Shown here in pieces: positions 54,831 to 64,000 of a stretch of 64,000 nt of DNA. Source of the DNA: Patescibacteria group bacterium (GTDB lineage Bacteria; Patescibacteriota; Saccharimonadia; CAILAD01; JADZBC01); assembly GCA_052034495.1 (NCBI GenBank), contig JBPOIL010000001.1, forward strand, positions 84,293 through 148,292, given 5' to 3'. The position numbers and the translations under genes were made by a program. Below the pieces are notes generated by a model, which had not been told where the DNA came from, searched no databases, and worked only from the letters and a program-made list of their open reading frames with translations. Position 1 is the first letter of the stretch. Every line of letters begins with the position of its first letter.

Positions 54831-55551
54831 ATGGCACTCCATTAAGCATAAAAAGGGCGCGGCAGACGCTAAGCGAGGCAAGATCTTTACCAAAGTGGCT
54901 GCGGAAATAGCCGTTGCTGCCAAGGATGGCGGTGATCCAGACATGAACTTTAAGCTTCGGCTGGCCATACAGAAGGCAAAAGCCGTGAATATGCCGTCTA
55001 CCAATATAGATCGGGCCATTGCTCGCGGCAGTGGTACTGCTGGCGGGCCTGCGCTCGAAGAACTTACTTACGAAGGCTATGGACCGAGCGGCGTTGCGGT
55101 AATGGTTAGCGCGCTGACTGACAATCGCAATCGTACAGGCGCAGAAATCAAATCGGCCTTTTCTAAGTACGGCGGAAATCTAGGTGCTGTTGGGTCGGTG
55201 GGCTACTTATTCGAAAAGAAGGGCGTAGTGGTGTGCAAAGAGGGTGCTGATAAGGAGAAACTAGAACTTATTGCGATAGATGCTGGCGCGACAGACATTG
55301 ATGACTCCGCAGAACAGTTGATAATCTATACCGCGCCGAACGATGTCGATAAGATGCGGGAAGCTTTGGGTGAAGACAATGTAGAGAGCGCCGATACTGA
55401 ACAAATTGCATCTCAGACGATACAAGTTGATGACGAAAAGAAGGCGAGCAGTTTAATGAAGATGGTTGATATGCTCGAAGGCTTTGAGGATGTAGTCGAG
55501 GTCTCTGGTAACTATGATATCTCAGATGAGATTATGGAGAAGTTAGGCTAA
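54814..55551 (+). CDS. yebC: YebC/PmpR family DNA-binding transcriptional regulator
   Basis: [27 protein letters not shown] N-terminus. Confidence 0.9.
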   Translation: [245 protein letters not shown]

Positions 55552-55941
55552 GCTTTCCACTAGCTCGCGAAGCTGGTCGCGGATGGGTCGTACTCGTTCA
55601 ATCGGTTTGCCTTTAGGATCTTCAATGTCTAGCACTATGGATCGAGGGTCAGACCTTAGCCATGCTGGAATATTATCATCTTCAGCTGTTACGATGATCT
55701 TATCAAATCCCGCCAGCAGCTCTTTTGTCAGTTGATTGGCAGTGTTACGGGACATGTCGAACCCAACCTCTTTCATGGCCTGGATTACCACTCGTGCTCC
55801 AGGCCTATCCCCAAGTCGTTGGTTGTCGGTGTCAACTAAAGTTCCAGCAGACTTTGCTTGGCCTGGGTGAATGTGATTATAGAACTCTTCGCCCATTTGG
55901 CTGCGGCCAATGTTGCCTCTGCAGATAAATAGTACCTTCAT
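55543..55941 (-). CDS. low-molecular-weight protein-tyrosine phosphatase / ArsC-like
   Basis: P-loop VLFICRGNIGRS (CX5R). Confidence 0.7.
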   Translation of the reverse strand: MKVLFICRGNIGRSQMGEEFYNHIHPGQAKSAGTLVDTDNQRLGDRPGARVVIQAMKEVGFDMSRNTANQLTKELLAGFDKIIVTAEDDNIPAWLRSDPRSIVLDIEDPKGKPIERVRPIRDQLRELVESLA

Positions 55942-56420
55942 GTGTCGAGCTTTTCACTCCAAAAGATCTTCTCCACCTTTCGCTCGGTCTTGCCTTCGGG
56001 TGGATTGTCGCGGAACAGCCAGTCGTGCTCAGCTGGTGTCCGCTTGGATGCACTTGTACTTATTGCCCTTTCCCCGCCAACGTAAAAGCCAAGATGCGTG
56101 AAGCTACCTTCTGGACCGAAGTCTTGGGCTTCCCACGCCATGACCGCACCTGGCCTTGGCTGTGCGACCTCTTTCCAGCCACTTTCCAGCAAGTCATTGA
56201 CTACGCTGTCGACCGTCATGTGGACTGACTTTGACATGCCGAACAAAGTGGTAATTGAGGAGACGAAAAAAGAGCAGGAATGAGTGCCGTCGTTTAGAAC
56301 ATCACGTTCGGTTCCGTGGTCTAGGGCATAGAAGTTGCGCCAAGTATTAGCCCCTACGCTATTACGAATCACGGCCATGTAGCTTTTGTATAACAGCTTA
56401 GTTATGTTCGGGTCTGCCAT
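55938..56420 (-). CDS. putative papain-fold (CHAP/NlpC-P60-like) cysteine hydrolase
   Basis: Cys in DGTHSCSFFV followed downstream by His in FTHLGFYVG. Family assignment is tentative. Confidence 0.4.
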   Translation of the reverse strand: MADPNITKLLYKSYMAVIRNSVGANTWRNFYALDHGTERDVLNDGTHSCSFFVSSITTLFGMSKSVHMTVDSVVNDLLESGWKEVAQPRPGAVMAWEAQDFGPEGSFTHLGFYVGGERAISTSASKRTPAEHDWLFRDNPPEGKTERKVEKIFWSEKLDT

Positions 56421-56451
56421 GCCTCAATTATACACCTGTTACAATGGGTAT

Positions 56452-56937
56452 ATGAGAATTCTTGGAGTAGACCCAGGCACTGCAACTACAGGCTTTGCTG
56501 TAATCGATATAGTCGGCCAACAGCGTAGCGTAATTGACTATGGTGTAATCAGTACACCGCCAGATCATGCCATGCCATTTCGACTCAAGACAATCTATGA
56601 TGATCTAAGTGAGCTAGTGCAGCATCATTCGCCACAATGCATTGCTATTGAGCAACTGTTTTTCACAAACAATATTACAACTGGAATTTCAGTTGGTCAG
56701 GCTCGAGGGGTAGTAATGCTGGTGGGCGAGCAGCATGGCTTAGAGCTAGCAGAGTATACGCCGCTGCAAGTTAAGCAGTCTGTTACGGGTTATGGCAAGG
56801 CTACAAAAAGCCAAGTTCAGCAAATGGTTAAAACGATCTTGGGGCTCAAAGAAATACCAAAACCAGACGACGCAGCCGATGCACTTGCCATTGCGATTTG
56901 CCACGGCGCCACCCTTAAGCCGTCCGATCTGGTATAA
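56452..56937 (+). CDS. ruvC: crossover junction endodeoxyribonuclease RuvC
   Basis: MRILGVDPGTATTGFAVID. The ORF-track start at 56386 is too early. Confidence 0.85.
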   Translation: MRILGVDPGTATTGFAVIDIVGQQRSVIDYGVISTPPDHAMPFRLKTIYDDLSELVQHHSPQCIAIEQLFFTNNITTGISVGQARGVVMLVGEQHGLELAEYTPLQVKQSVTGYGKATKSQVQQMVKTILGLKEIPKPDDAADALAIAICHGATLKPSDLV

Positions 56938-56945
56938 TCGGTATA

Positions 56946-57502
56946 TGATCGCATTACTAAGGGGTATAGTTGCGCAGAAAGAGGTCGAGCACATTGTGCT
57001 GGATGTCGGCGGGGTTGGCTATGCAGTTCATACCACCCCGCAGGTTATGCACGGGCTTGCTGAGGGCCAAGAGGCAACCTTGCTCATTGCCGAGAATATA
57101 AAAGAAGATAGCTATACCCTCTATGGTTTTCTAGATAGCGAGCAGAAGAACTTATATCTGCGCTTACTAAGTGTAAATGGCGTGGGTTCAAAAGTCGCCA
57201 TGGCAATTTTGGCTAGTAACGAAGCTGGAACATTGGTCGAAGCCGTCCGCGCCGGTAACGTCGTCGTTTTTTCTAGCGTGAGCGGAGTAGGCGCCAAGAC
57301 TGCTCAGCGAATTGTTCTGGAGCTCAAAGGCAAGATTGATCTGAGTGGTCCTTCCGCTCAAGAAGGCGGAGATCCAGCGCATCAGGCGCTTGTTAGCTTG
57401 GGGTATTCATCGCAGCAGGCCAATGATGCCCTACGCGGTATTGATCCAAAGCTCGACACAGGCAGCAAGGTGAAGGCTGCACTGAAGGGCCTTAAGCAAT
57501 GA
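56946..57502 (+). CDS. ruvA: Holliday junction DNA helicase RuvA
   Basis: [13 protein letters not shown]...VGGVGYAVH. The ORF-track start at 56792 overlaps ruvC. Confidence 0.85.
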
Positions 57503-58536
57503 TAGAGCGAGCCGAGCCAACACAAGACCCGCGCGAAGAAGCGCTCGGGCCAGAGGAGCAGCAGCTCGAAGAGAAGCTGCGCCCCGGTAAGTTCAATGAA
57601 TATGTGGGCCAAGAGCAAATTAAGTCCAGTTTAAATCTAGCCATTTCGGCATCATTAAAACGCGGGGACTCCCTTGACCACGTATTGCTTTATGGCCCAC
57701 CAGGCCTCGGTAAGACAACACTAGCTCACGTAGTGGCGAACGAAATGGGCAAAACCGTGAAGGTAACGAGCGGGCCAGCGATTGAGCGCGCGGGGGATCT
57801 AGCATCAATCCTTACCAACATGGCGGAAGGCGACATTCTATTTATTGATGAGATCCATCGCTTGCCCCGTACTGTGGAGGAAATATTGTACCCTGCAATG
57901 GAAGATTACGCACTCGACATTATGTTAGGCAAGGGACCTTCAGCCCAAAGCTTGCGGCTTGATCTGCCAAAGTTCACCATCATTGGGGCGACTACTCGCT
58001 ATGGTGCTCTTTCGGGGCCACTACGCGATCGTTTCGGTTTAATCCACCGCCTGGAATACTATAAGCCAGAAGAGATAACCAAGATACTTGTTCGCACCGC
58101 TCGTCTTATGGATATGGATGCTAGTACTGACGTGTTGGCCTCTATGGCTCAGCGGTCGCGTTTGACCCCTAGGATTGCAAATAGGCTGATTCGACGTGTT
58201 CGAGATTATGCCCAGGTGCATGGTAATGGCACAATAGATCTCGGCTCCCTAGAAGGCACCCTGGATCTTTTAGACATCGATGAGTTTGGTTTAGACAGGA
58301 GTGACAGAAGGATCTTGGAGACGATTATTTCGCATTATAAGGGCGGACCGGTTGGCGTAGCTGCGATCGCCGCCGCATCTGGAGAAGAAACTCAGACAAT
58401 TGAAGACGTGTATGAGCCGTACCTCATTCAGATTGGTTTCTTAGAGCGAACGCATCGCGGGCGCAAAGTTACCGATAAGGCGTATACTCACTTGGGCGTG
58501 CAGCCACCGGCCGAACCTCAGTCTAAGCTTTTGTAA
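57499..58536 (+). CDS. ruvB: Holliday junction DNA helicase RuvB
   Basis: [14 protein letters not shown] Walker A. 345 aa. Confidence 0.95.
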   Translation: MIERAEPTQDPREEALGPEEQQLEEKLRPGKFNEYVGQEQIKSSLNLAISASLKRGDSLDHVLLYGPPGLGKTTLAHVVANEMGKTVKVTSGPAIERAGDLASILTNMAEGDILFIDEIHRLPRTVEEILYPAMEDYALDIMLGKGPSAQSLRLDLPKFTIIGATTRYGALSGPLRDRFGLIHRLEYYKPEEITKILVRTARLMDMDASTDVLASMAQRSRLTPRIANRLIRRVRDYAQVHGNGTIDLGSLEGTLDLLDIDEFGLDRSDRRILETIISHYKGGPVGVAAIAAASGEETQTIEDVYEPYLIQIGFLERTHRGRKVTDKAYTHLGVQPPAEPQSKLL

Positions 58537-58563
58537 GTTGCCATGGTGGAGTAAACTGTAGAT

Positions 58564-59181
58564 ATGGAAAAAGACCCAGCAAAATGCACATACCCTGGCC
58601 AACCAAACGAGGAGGTGACTCAGCGAGTCTTCTATAAGTCTTTCGTTATGGTTTTACCAATCATGCTTGCTAGCGTAGTGGTCGGCGCCGTGTCTTTGTT
58701 TGGGATGTCGTACGGCGCGGCAAATCCGCAAATTGTAATTGACGAGAACTTGCCGACGATTAGTGGCTCGACCGTCGCATTCGTCAGCTTCATGGCTCTG
58801 ATATTGATCGGCCTTCTAACTTTCGGTGCCCTATGGATATGGCGCAATAATCGCATCTTGGTGACGAATGAGCACATTGTGGACATTGACCAAAACACTC
58901 TTTTTCACCGCAGTGTAGCCACTTTAACACTTAGTCGCATTCAGGATGTGAGCGCTGAGGTTGACGGTCCGGCCCAGACCTTGTTGCAGTATGGTACGGT
59001 AGTGGTTCAGACCGCCGGGCAAAAGGAAAACTTCCGTTTTGACTACATTACGAACCCATACGAAGCTGAGCAATACATTCTCAGAACACACAAAGACTAC
59101 ATGGCTACGCACAAGATTGAGCATGATGGCCTGCGTGACGCCGAAGAAGCTGAGTCTAGCGAAAACCCTTTAGAGAAGTAG
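58564..59181 (+). CDS. membrane protein with bacterial PH (bPH_2/YdbT-like) domain
   Basis: Two TM helices, then TNEHIVDIDQNTLFHRSVATLTLSRIQDV. Confidence 0.5.
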   Translation: MEKDPAKCTYPGQPNEEVTQRVFYKSFVMVLPIMLASVVVGAVSLFGMSYGAANPQIVIDENLPTISGSTVAFVSFMALILIGLLTFGALWIWRNNRILVTNEHIVDIDQNTLFHRSVATLTLSRIQDVSAEVDGPAQTLLQYGTVVVQTAGQKENFRFDYITNPYEAEQYILRTHKDYMATHKIEHDGLRDAEEAESSENPLEK

Positions 59182-59184
59182 GCC

Positions 59185-59421
59185 CTATCGATATCTTTGA
59201 TCTAAGCGGAGGCGAAAATCATCGACGGCTTTCTGCGCAGCGGCAGCCCTATCAGTATCTCCAGATCTTATAGCCCCCTCAAGCTCGGCCTCTAGCCTGC
59301 TTTCTGTCTGAGTCTCATTATCTTGGGTTGGCGCCTTGGTATCTAGCTCTTCGGCCTCAGCTATTTGTTTAGTCTGGTCTGCTGCTTTAGCATCGTGGGG
59401 TATTTCGGGTCGAGGTTCCAT
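59185..59421 (-). CDS. small acidic hypothetical protein
   Basis: 78 aa. Directly downstream of the pseudopilin gene on the same strand. Confidence 0.35.
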   Translation of the reverse strand: MEPRPEIPHDAKAADQTKQIAEAEELDTKAPTQDNETQTESRLEAELEGAIRSGDTDRAAAAQKAVDDFRLRLDQRYR

Positions 59422-59433
59422 GGCGATCTCTAA

Positions 59434-59853
59434 TTAGTTCGCGCTTTGTAGCTCGTATACGTCTATAGTGCCCTTTTTAATGTCTTTGTCCTTTGGATTC
59501 TCCAGGTTTGTTTGTAGTACATATGCACTAATTGGGTTGCCGCTCGTGCTGTAACGATATTGGGTCTTCGACTTAGGGTCTGTGGGGAGCGGGGGCTTAA
59601 TGTACGGGGTGGCACCTTCCGCAAGGGTAACGAGCTGCGCTGGATAGCTGCCGTTCTCCTGGTAATAGCGTTCGAGCGCGTTCTTGACCTTCGACAGGTC
59701 TTGCTTACGATCTGCGTCCCGGGCATTGATTGGACCTGCGACAAGGCGGGGATAGAGCACAAAGGCCAAGAGGCTGATAATGACAATTACCAATAGTAGC
59801 TCTAAAAGGGTAAAACCGTTTTGCTGTCTAAGCTTGCTGCTGAAAGAATTCAT
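59434..59853 (-). CDS. type IV pilin-like / T2SS GspG-like pseudopilin (prepilin N-terminal methylation domain)
   Basis: GFTLLELLLVIVIISLLA prepilin signal. YYQENGSYPAQL GspG-like motif. Confidence 0.75.
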   Translation of the reverse strand: MNSFSSKLRQQNGFTLLELLLVIVIISLLAFVLYPRLVAGPINARDADRKQDLSKVKNALERYYQENGSYPAQLVTLAEGATPYIKPPLPTDPKSKTQYRYSTSGNPISAYVLQTNLENPKDKDIKKGTIDVYELQSAN

Positions 59854-59976
59854 TCCACCTCTATAGTTCTTTAGCTCATATTGTATGACTTTTATGCTTT
59901 GGGGGCAAGTTGTGAGATCTTACAAAACACACTGCTCATGCTTTACGCTTCGAAAAACAGTTTTTAGAATTGGGCA

Positions 59977-61272
59977 ATGAAAAAATATTTGTTCCTCACT
60001 ATCCTGATTATTAGTCTTAGTTCGTATCCATCCGTAGTGTTGCGGGCAAGTGCTTCAGCGCAAAGTGGCGTTGTCATGAGTGAGGTTGTAACGGGCCACA
60101 CGGATAGCCTAAGTAAAGAATTTATCGAGCTATATAACAACGGAGTCGAGCCTGTTGATGTATCGGGCTGGACACTAGACTATAAGTCCGCGACAGGGAA
60201 AACCTGGTCTAAACGAGCTACAATATCCGAAGCTACCGTAATGGGCTCAAGAACGATCTTGGTCGTCAGTACCGAAGACGCCGCAGAACGCAAGCTCACT
60301 AGCGGGATGTCTCAGACTGGTGGCAACGTTCGACTTAGGGATAAGCAGGGCAATGTCGTGGATCAGCTAGCGTGGGGTGATGGTGATAGCCCAGAGTTGC
60401 AGGCCGTACTTGCTCCTGCGGTCGGGCAGGCAATTACCCGGAGTTTAGCCGAGGATCCCTCTGCACTTGTGGACACAGACAATAACTATGAAGACTTTGT
60501 ACTGAGCCCTGCCCCAACACCAGGACTACTAGGAACGCCAGAAGTGGTAGAAGACGAACCTGTGCCAACTTCCGAATCCGTGGTGGACGCAAATAGGCTG
60601 TTCATTAGCGAGCTTTTGCCCGATCCAGAATCTCCTCTGAGTGATGCGCAGGATGAATACATTGAGCTCTACAATGAAGGGGATACTGCAATCAGTCTTG
60701 AGGGATGGAGTCTGCGTGACAAAACGAACCATGTTTATAGACTTACCAATCTAAGTGTCGACGCCAAGAGCTTCCTGGTACTTAAAAGCGACGAGACGAA
60801 AATTAGCCTTAACAACGATGGCGACGAAATCTTCCTTGTTGATCCAACTGGCAACATTGTCGATAACAGCCCTGATTACGGTAGCGCGAAGCCGGGTCTC
60901 GCATGGGGCTTGAGTGACGGAGGCTGGGCATGGCTGAGCGAGCCTACTCCGGGCTCCTCGAACGCTACTGCTGTTCCCCCTAAGGCCGTGGCTCAGAGTT
61001 TATCTGCGAAGAAGTCTGTGGCTAAGAAGTCAACAGCCAAGCCAAAGAAGGCAAAGGTGGCTAAAAAAGCGAAGAAAACAAGTAAGCTCGCGTCCGCACG
61101 TGCGGCTAGCTCGCGACCATATACAGAGCCTGTTATGAACAGCAATGCAGGTATTTGGTCATGGTTGCTGATCGGTCTCGGTGCGGGTACCATAGGGTAT
61201 GGAATATATGCATACAAACCCGAAATTACACATACAATCCACCAGCTTAGAGCAAAGCTTAGCGATCGGTGA
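59977..61272 (+). CDS. lamin tail domain (LTD) protein with two LTDs, Lys/Ala-rich linker and C-terminal TM anchor
   Basis: EFIELYNNGVEPVDVSGWTL and EYIELYNEGDTAISLEGWSL LTD signatures. Signal peptide. Confidence 0.7.
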   Translation: MKKYLFLTILIISLSSYPSVVLRASASAQSGVVMSEVVTGHTDSLSKEFIELYNNGVEPVDVSGWTLDYKSATGKTWSKRATISEATVMGSRTILVVSTEDAAERKLTSGMSQTGGNVRLRDKQGNVVDQLAWGDGDSPELQAVLAPAVGQAITRSLAEDPSALVDTDNNYEDFVLSPAPTPGLLGTPEVVEDEPVPTSESVVDANRLFISELLPDPESPLSDAQDEYIELYNEGDTAISLEGWSLRDKTNHVYRLTNLSVDAKSFLVLKSDETKISLNNDGDEIFLVDPTGNIVDNSPDYGSAKPGLAWGLSDGGWAWLSEPTPGSSNATAVPPKAVAQSLSAKKSVAKKSTAKPKKAKVAKKAKKTSKLASARAASSRPYTEPVMNSNAGIWSWLLIGLGAGTIGYGIYAYKPEITHTIHQLRAKLSDR

Positions 61273-61681
61273 AAAGATTGGCTTGCACGTGCGACCAGGG
61301 CAGCTCATTGAGCTGGTGGGCGACTTGGGTGGGGGGAAGACCACGCTTACAAAAGGCATCGCCAAGGGTCTTGGTATCACTAAAACGATCACGAGCCCAA
61401 CATTCAGCATACAGCGTAGCTATGAACTGTCTGACGGTGCGAGTCTCGAACACTTTGATCTTTATCGACTGGAAGGCGAAGACGCTGTTAAGCAAGAGAT
61501 AGCAGAATATCTTGATGACCCTAGCGTGATAACAGTAATTGAGTGGGCTAAGCCGTTCATCGCGAGTTTAAAGCCAGATCGTCTTGTGGTTGATATGCAC
61601 TGGACGGGCGACAATACTCGCGATATCACAGTGAGCGCCACTGGTAACGATAGCGCAAGGACATTAGAGGCCCTACGATGA
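61208..61681 (+). CDS. tsaE: tRNA threonylcarbamoyladenosine biosynthesis protein TsaE
   Basis: LIELVGDLGGGKTTLTKGIAKGLG P-loop. Start 61199 or 61208 lies inside the 3' end of the LTD gene. Confidence 0.75.
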   Translation: MHTNPKLHIQSTSLEQSLAIGEKIGLHVRPGQLIELVGDLGGGKTTLTKGIAKGLGITKTITSPTFSIQRSYELSDGASLEHFDLYRLEGEDAVKQEIAEYLDDPSVITVIEWAKPFIASLKPDRLVVDMHWTGDNTRDITVSATGNDSARTLEALR

Positions 61682-62058
61682 TTCTAGCAATCCGTACAGA
61701 TAGCCCATTGGCAGAGCTCTATCTGGTAGGTAGCACCGGCCAGATCTTAGGGCAACATGAGTTTCAGGCTGACCGTAAGCTGGCCAGTATGCTCACTAAG
61801 GAGATTGAGAGATTCTTGTCGAGCGAGGGCGGTTTTGCAGCCTTGGAGGGCGTTGCATACTTTAGTGGCAGCGGGTCGTTTACTGGCTTACGGATTGGCG
61901 CTAGCGTTGCGAACGCATTGGGGTATAGTCTTGGCATCCCCGTCGGCAAGGTTTCAGGCAAGGACTGGATCGACATGATACCATCTGCTGTGGCAGGGGC
62001 AAAGTTGGGAGAGTACCCAGCTCCCGATTATGACCGTGAAGCGAATATTACTCGCTGA
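61678..62058 (+). CDS. tsaB: TsaB-like protein (N-terminal YeaZ domain only, 126 aa)
   Basis: MILAIRTDSPLAELYLV...FSGSGSFTGLRIGASVANAL. Confidence 0.55.
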   Translation: MILAIRTDSPLAELYLVGSTGQILGQHEFQADRKLASMLTKEIERFLSSEGGFAALEGVAYFSGSGSFTGLRIGASVANALGYSLGIPVGKVSGKDWIDMIPSAVAGAKLGEYPAPDYDREANITR

Positions 62059-62162
62059 GGTTGCTTGACTGGATGCGGTCAAAAGCCTTTAATAAGTAAA
62101 GGTAGCAAATTCAGAGAAGCTTGTACGCTGCCAGGTGATTCACGACTATACAGATACAGTAA

Positions 62163-63695
62163 TTGAGGCATCTACATATGGAACTATTATTTGTTATTGC
62201 CGCTCTAACAGTTGGTGCTGGAGCTGGCTATCAGGCGAAAGCAATTGTTGCCAAACAGAAGGGCGACAAAGCAGAGCAAAAGGCCAACCAGCTTATCGAG
62301 GATGCCAAGTCTAAAGCTAAGGAGGTTGCCTTAGCGGCAAAAGAGGAGGCACTAAAGGTCGCGCAGCAGGCAAAGGCAGAGGATGACGCACGGCGTAAGC
62401 GACTCGAAGAGCAGGAGCAGCGCGTTAGTAAACGAGAGACTATTTTGGATGGCAAAATGGAGGTGTTAGATCGTAAGACTGATACACTGGCCCAAAGCGA
62501 ATCCGAGATATCGGAGATCAAAGAGGAGCTAAAGGCTATAAGAGTCAAGCAAGAGCTCAACTTGGAAAAGATTGCGAAGCTAAGTCGCGACGAGGCACGA
62601 GAAAAGCTACTCCAGATGACTGAAAAAGACATGAAGGCTGACATGGTTAGCTACATTGCCAAGAGGCAGGACGAAGCAAAAGAGAAGGCCGATGAGTACG
62701 CAAAAGAAATCTTAGCAGACGCTATGGCGCGTATGGCCACAGAGGCATCGGGGGAGCGGACTATAACTACCGTTAAACTTCCAGATGACGACATGAAGGG
62801 TCGTATAATCGGTAAGGAAGGTCGCAATATCCAGACGATTGAGCGATTAACTGGCGTTGATGTGCTCGTAGATGAGACCCCTGGGGTGGTGGTTCTGTCG
62901 AGCTTCGACCCGATTCGCCGACAGGTTGCACGAGTAGCGATAGAGCAGCTGGTGTCAGACGGCAGAATACATCCGGCACGCATCGAAGAGGTGGTACATA
63001 AAGCTGAGAAAGAAATTGATAACGAGATCAAGAAGGCTGGCGAAGACGCCGCCCGGGAGGCAAAAGTCCTCGGCTTGCCACCTGAGATCAATAAAACAAT
63101 GGGCATGCTGAAGTATCGCACCAGTTATTCCCAGAACGTTTTGCACCATAGCATAGAGATGGCCCATTTGGCCGCGATGATCGCTAGTGAGATTGGAGCT
63201 GATGCCCAGGTTGCCCGCGCAGCGGCCTACCTGCACGACCTTGGGAAGGCCGTTACGCACGAGGTCGACGGCAACCACCATCACATTACTGGCGAGATGT
63301 GTCGTAAGTACGGTATTGATGAAGCGATCTGCCATGCCGCAGAGGCACACCACGATGACATCGAGGCAACTACTCCTGAGGCAATGATCGTTCGCGCTGT
63401 TGACGGCTTGAGTGGTGGCAGACCCGGCGCTCGCGGCGATACCTTGGAGCGTTTTGCAGATCGCATGAAGGATTTGGAGAACCTGGCCAAGACGTTTCCT
63501 GGTATTCAGAAGTCGTTTGCCATGAGCGCAGGCCGTGAGATTAGAATCTTTGTAACCCCCAATGAGATTGATGACCTAAGTGCCATTAAGCTGGCTCGGG
63601 ACATTGCCAACAAGATCGAGGCGACACTCAAGTATCCTGGTACAATAAAGGTTAATGTAATTCGCGAAACAAGAGCAGAGGAGTACGCTAAATGA
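62163..63695 (+). CDS. rny: ribonuclease Y
   Basis: N-terminal TM segment and coiled coil. KH domain GRIIGKEGRNIQTIE. HD domain HSIEMAHLAAMIA...HDLGK. Confidence 0.9.
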   Translation: MRHLHMELLFVIAALTVGAGAGYQAKAIVAKQKGDKAEQKANQLIEDAKSKAKEVALAAKEEALKVAQQAKAEDDARRKRLEEQEQRVSKRETILDGKMEVLDRKTDTLAQSESEISEIKEELKAIRVKQELNLEKIAKLSRDEAREKLLQMTEKDMKADMVSYIAKRQDEAKEKADEYAKEILADAMARMATEASGERTITTVKLPDDDMKGRIIGKEGRNIQTIERLTGVDVLVDETPGVVVLSSFDPIRRQVARVAIEQLVSDGRIHPARIEEVVHKAEKEIDNEIKKAGEDAAREAKVLGLPPEINKTMGMLKYRTSYSQNVLHHSIEMAHLAAMIASEIGADAQVARAAAYLHDLGKAVTHEVDGNHHHITGEMCRKYGIDEAICHAAEAHHDDIEATTPEAMIVRAVDGLSGGRPGARGDTLERFADRMKDLENLAKTFPGIQKSFAMSAGREIRIFVTPNEIDDLSAIKLARDIANKIEATLKYPGTIKVNVIRETRAEEYAK

Positions 63696-63997
63696 GCCAA
63701 AGTAATGGTATGAGCAGGAAAGAAGTAGTGCAGGTCATGGCTCGTAAGACCGGCTTGACGAAGAAAACTACGGCCGAATTCCTCCATGCCTTTGAAGCTT
63801 TAGTTGTTAGCGAAATTAATGCAGGGCGAAGTCTGACATTAACTGGCTTCGGCACGTTCTTTATGGCTGAACGCAAGCCGCGCAAAGGGATAAATCCAAA
63901 TACGAAAGAGTCCATGGATATACCGGGTATGCCTATGCCTCGTTTTCGCGCGGGCTCAGCGCTAAAAGCCGCAGCCCGTAATGAAGGGAAAAAGTAG
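63692..63997 (+). CDS. hup: HU family DNA-binding protein (probable start at the MSRKEV ATG, 63710)
   Basis: MSRKEVVQVMARKTGLTKKTTAEFLHAFEALV...GFGTF...RKGINPNT. Confidence 0.8.
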   Translation: MSQSNGMSRKEVVQVMARKTGLTKKTTAEFLHAFEALVVSEINAGRSLTLTGFGTFFMAERKPRKGINPNTKESMDIPGMPMPRFRAGSALKAAARNEGKK

Positions 63998-64000
63998 GCT

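Overview
The window reads as a compact, gene-dense bacterial chromosome segment of about 48-50% GC. The gene content suggests a Saccharibacteria/CPR-like organism: tilS-ftsH-murJ-lepA, an hrcA-grpE-dnaK-dnaJ operon with CIRCE, yebC-ruvCAB, comEC, a pseudopilin, a lamin-tail-domain protein, an RRM protein and rny-hup. This lineage call is an inference.

Four accessory blocks stand out by composition. (1) 1-5.3 kb is a low-GC Type III R-M operon (mod-res) plus a DUF4238 defence-island protein. (2) 6.3-11.4 kb is a cell-surface module: two secreted proteins whose ORFs end ...PNTG(L/I)G with no membrane anchor, followed by a sortase and an S8 protease. (3) 21.2-23.9 kb is a GC-elevated ABC exporter plus GNAT acetyltransferase block, bounded on the left by a MITE-like inverted-repeat element. 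(4) 29.47-31.3 kb is a tRNA(CAT)-anchored array of cassette-like modules. Each module has a 53-bp copy of the tRNA 3' end region, a very GC-rich ORF (>60% GC, Actinobacteria-like), and a structured ~100-bp repeat carrying compensatory stem mutations. This is the most novel-looking locus and is consistent with serial capture of host-derived DNA at a tRNA hotspot.

Smaller points: a Cys-rich small-ORF pair in a GC-rich insert after lepA; tandem CIRCE operators; a lexA promoter with a direct-repeat GTTCG motif; an AbrB/MazE-like 59-aa ORF abutting glmS; and a murF-like/rimK/GATase1 cluster. No CRISPR array or rRNA was seen. Four tRNAs were found: three with CAT anticodons (Ile2-like, fMet, Met) and one Lys.
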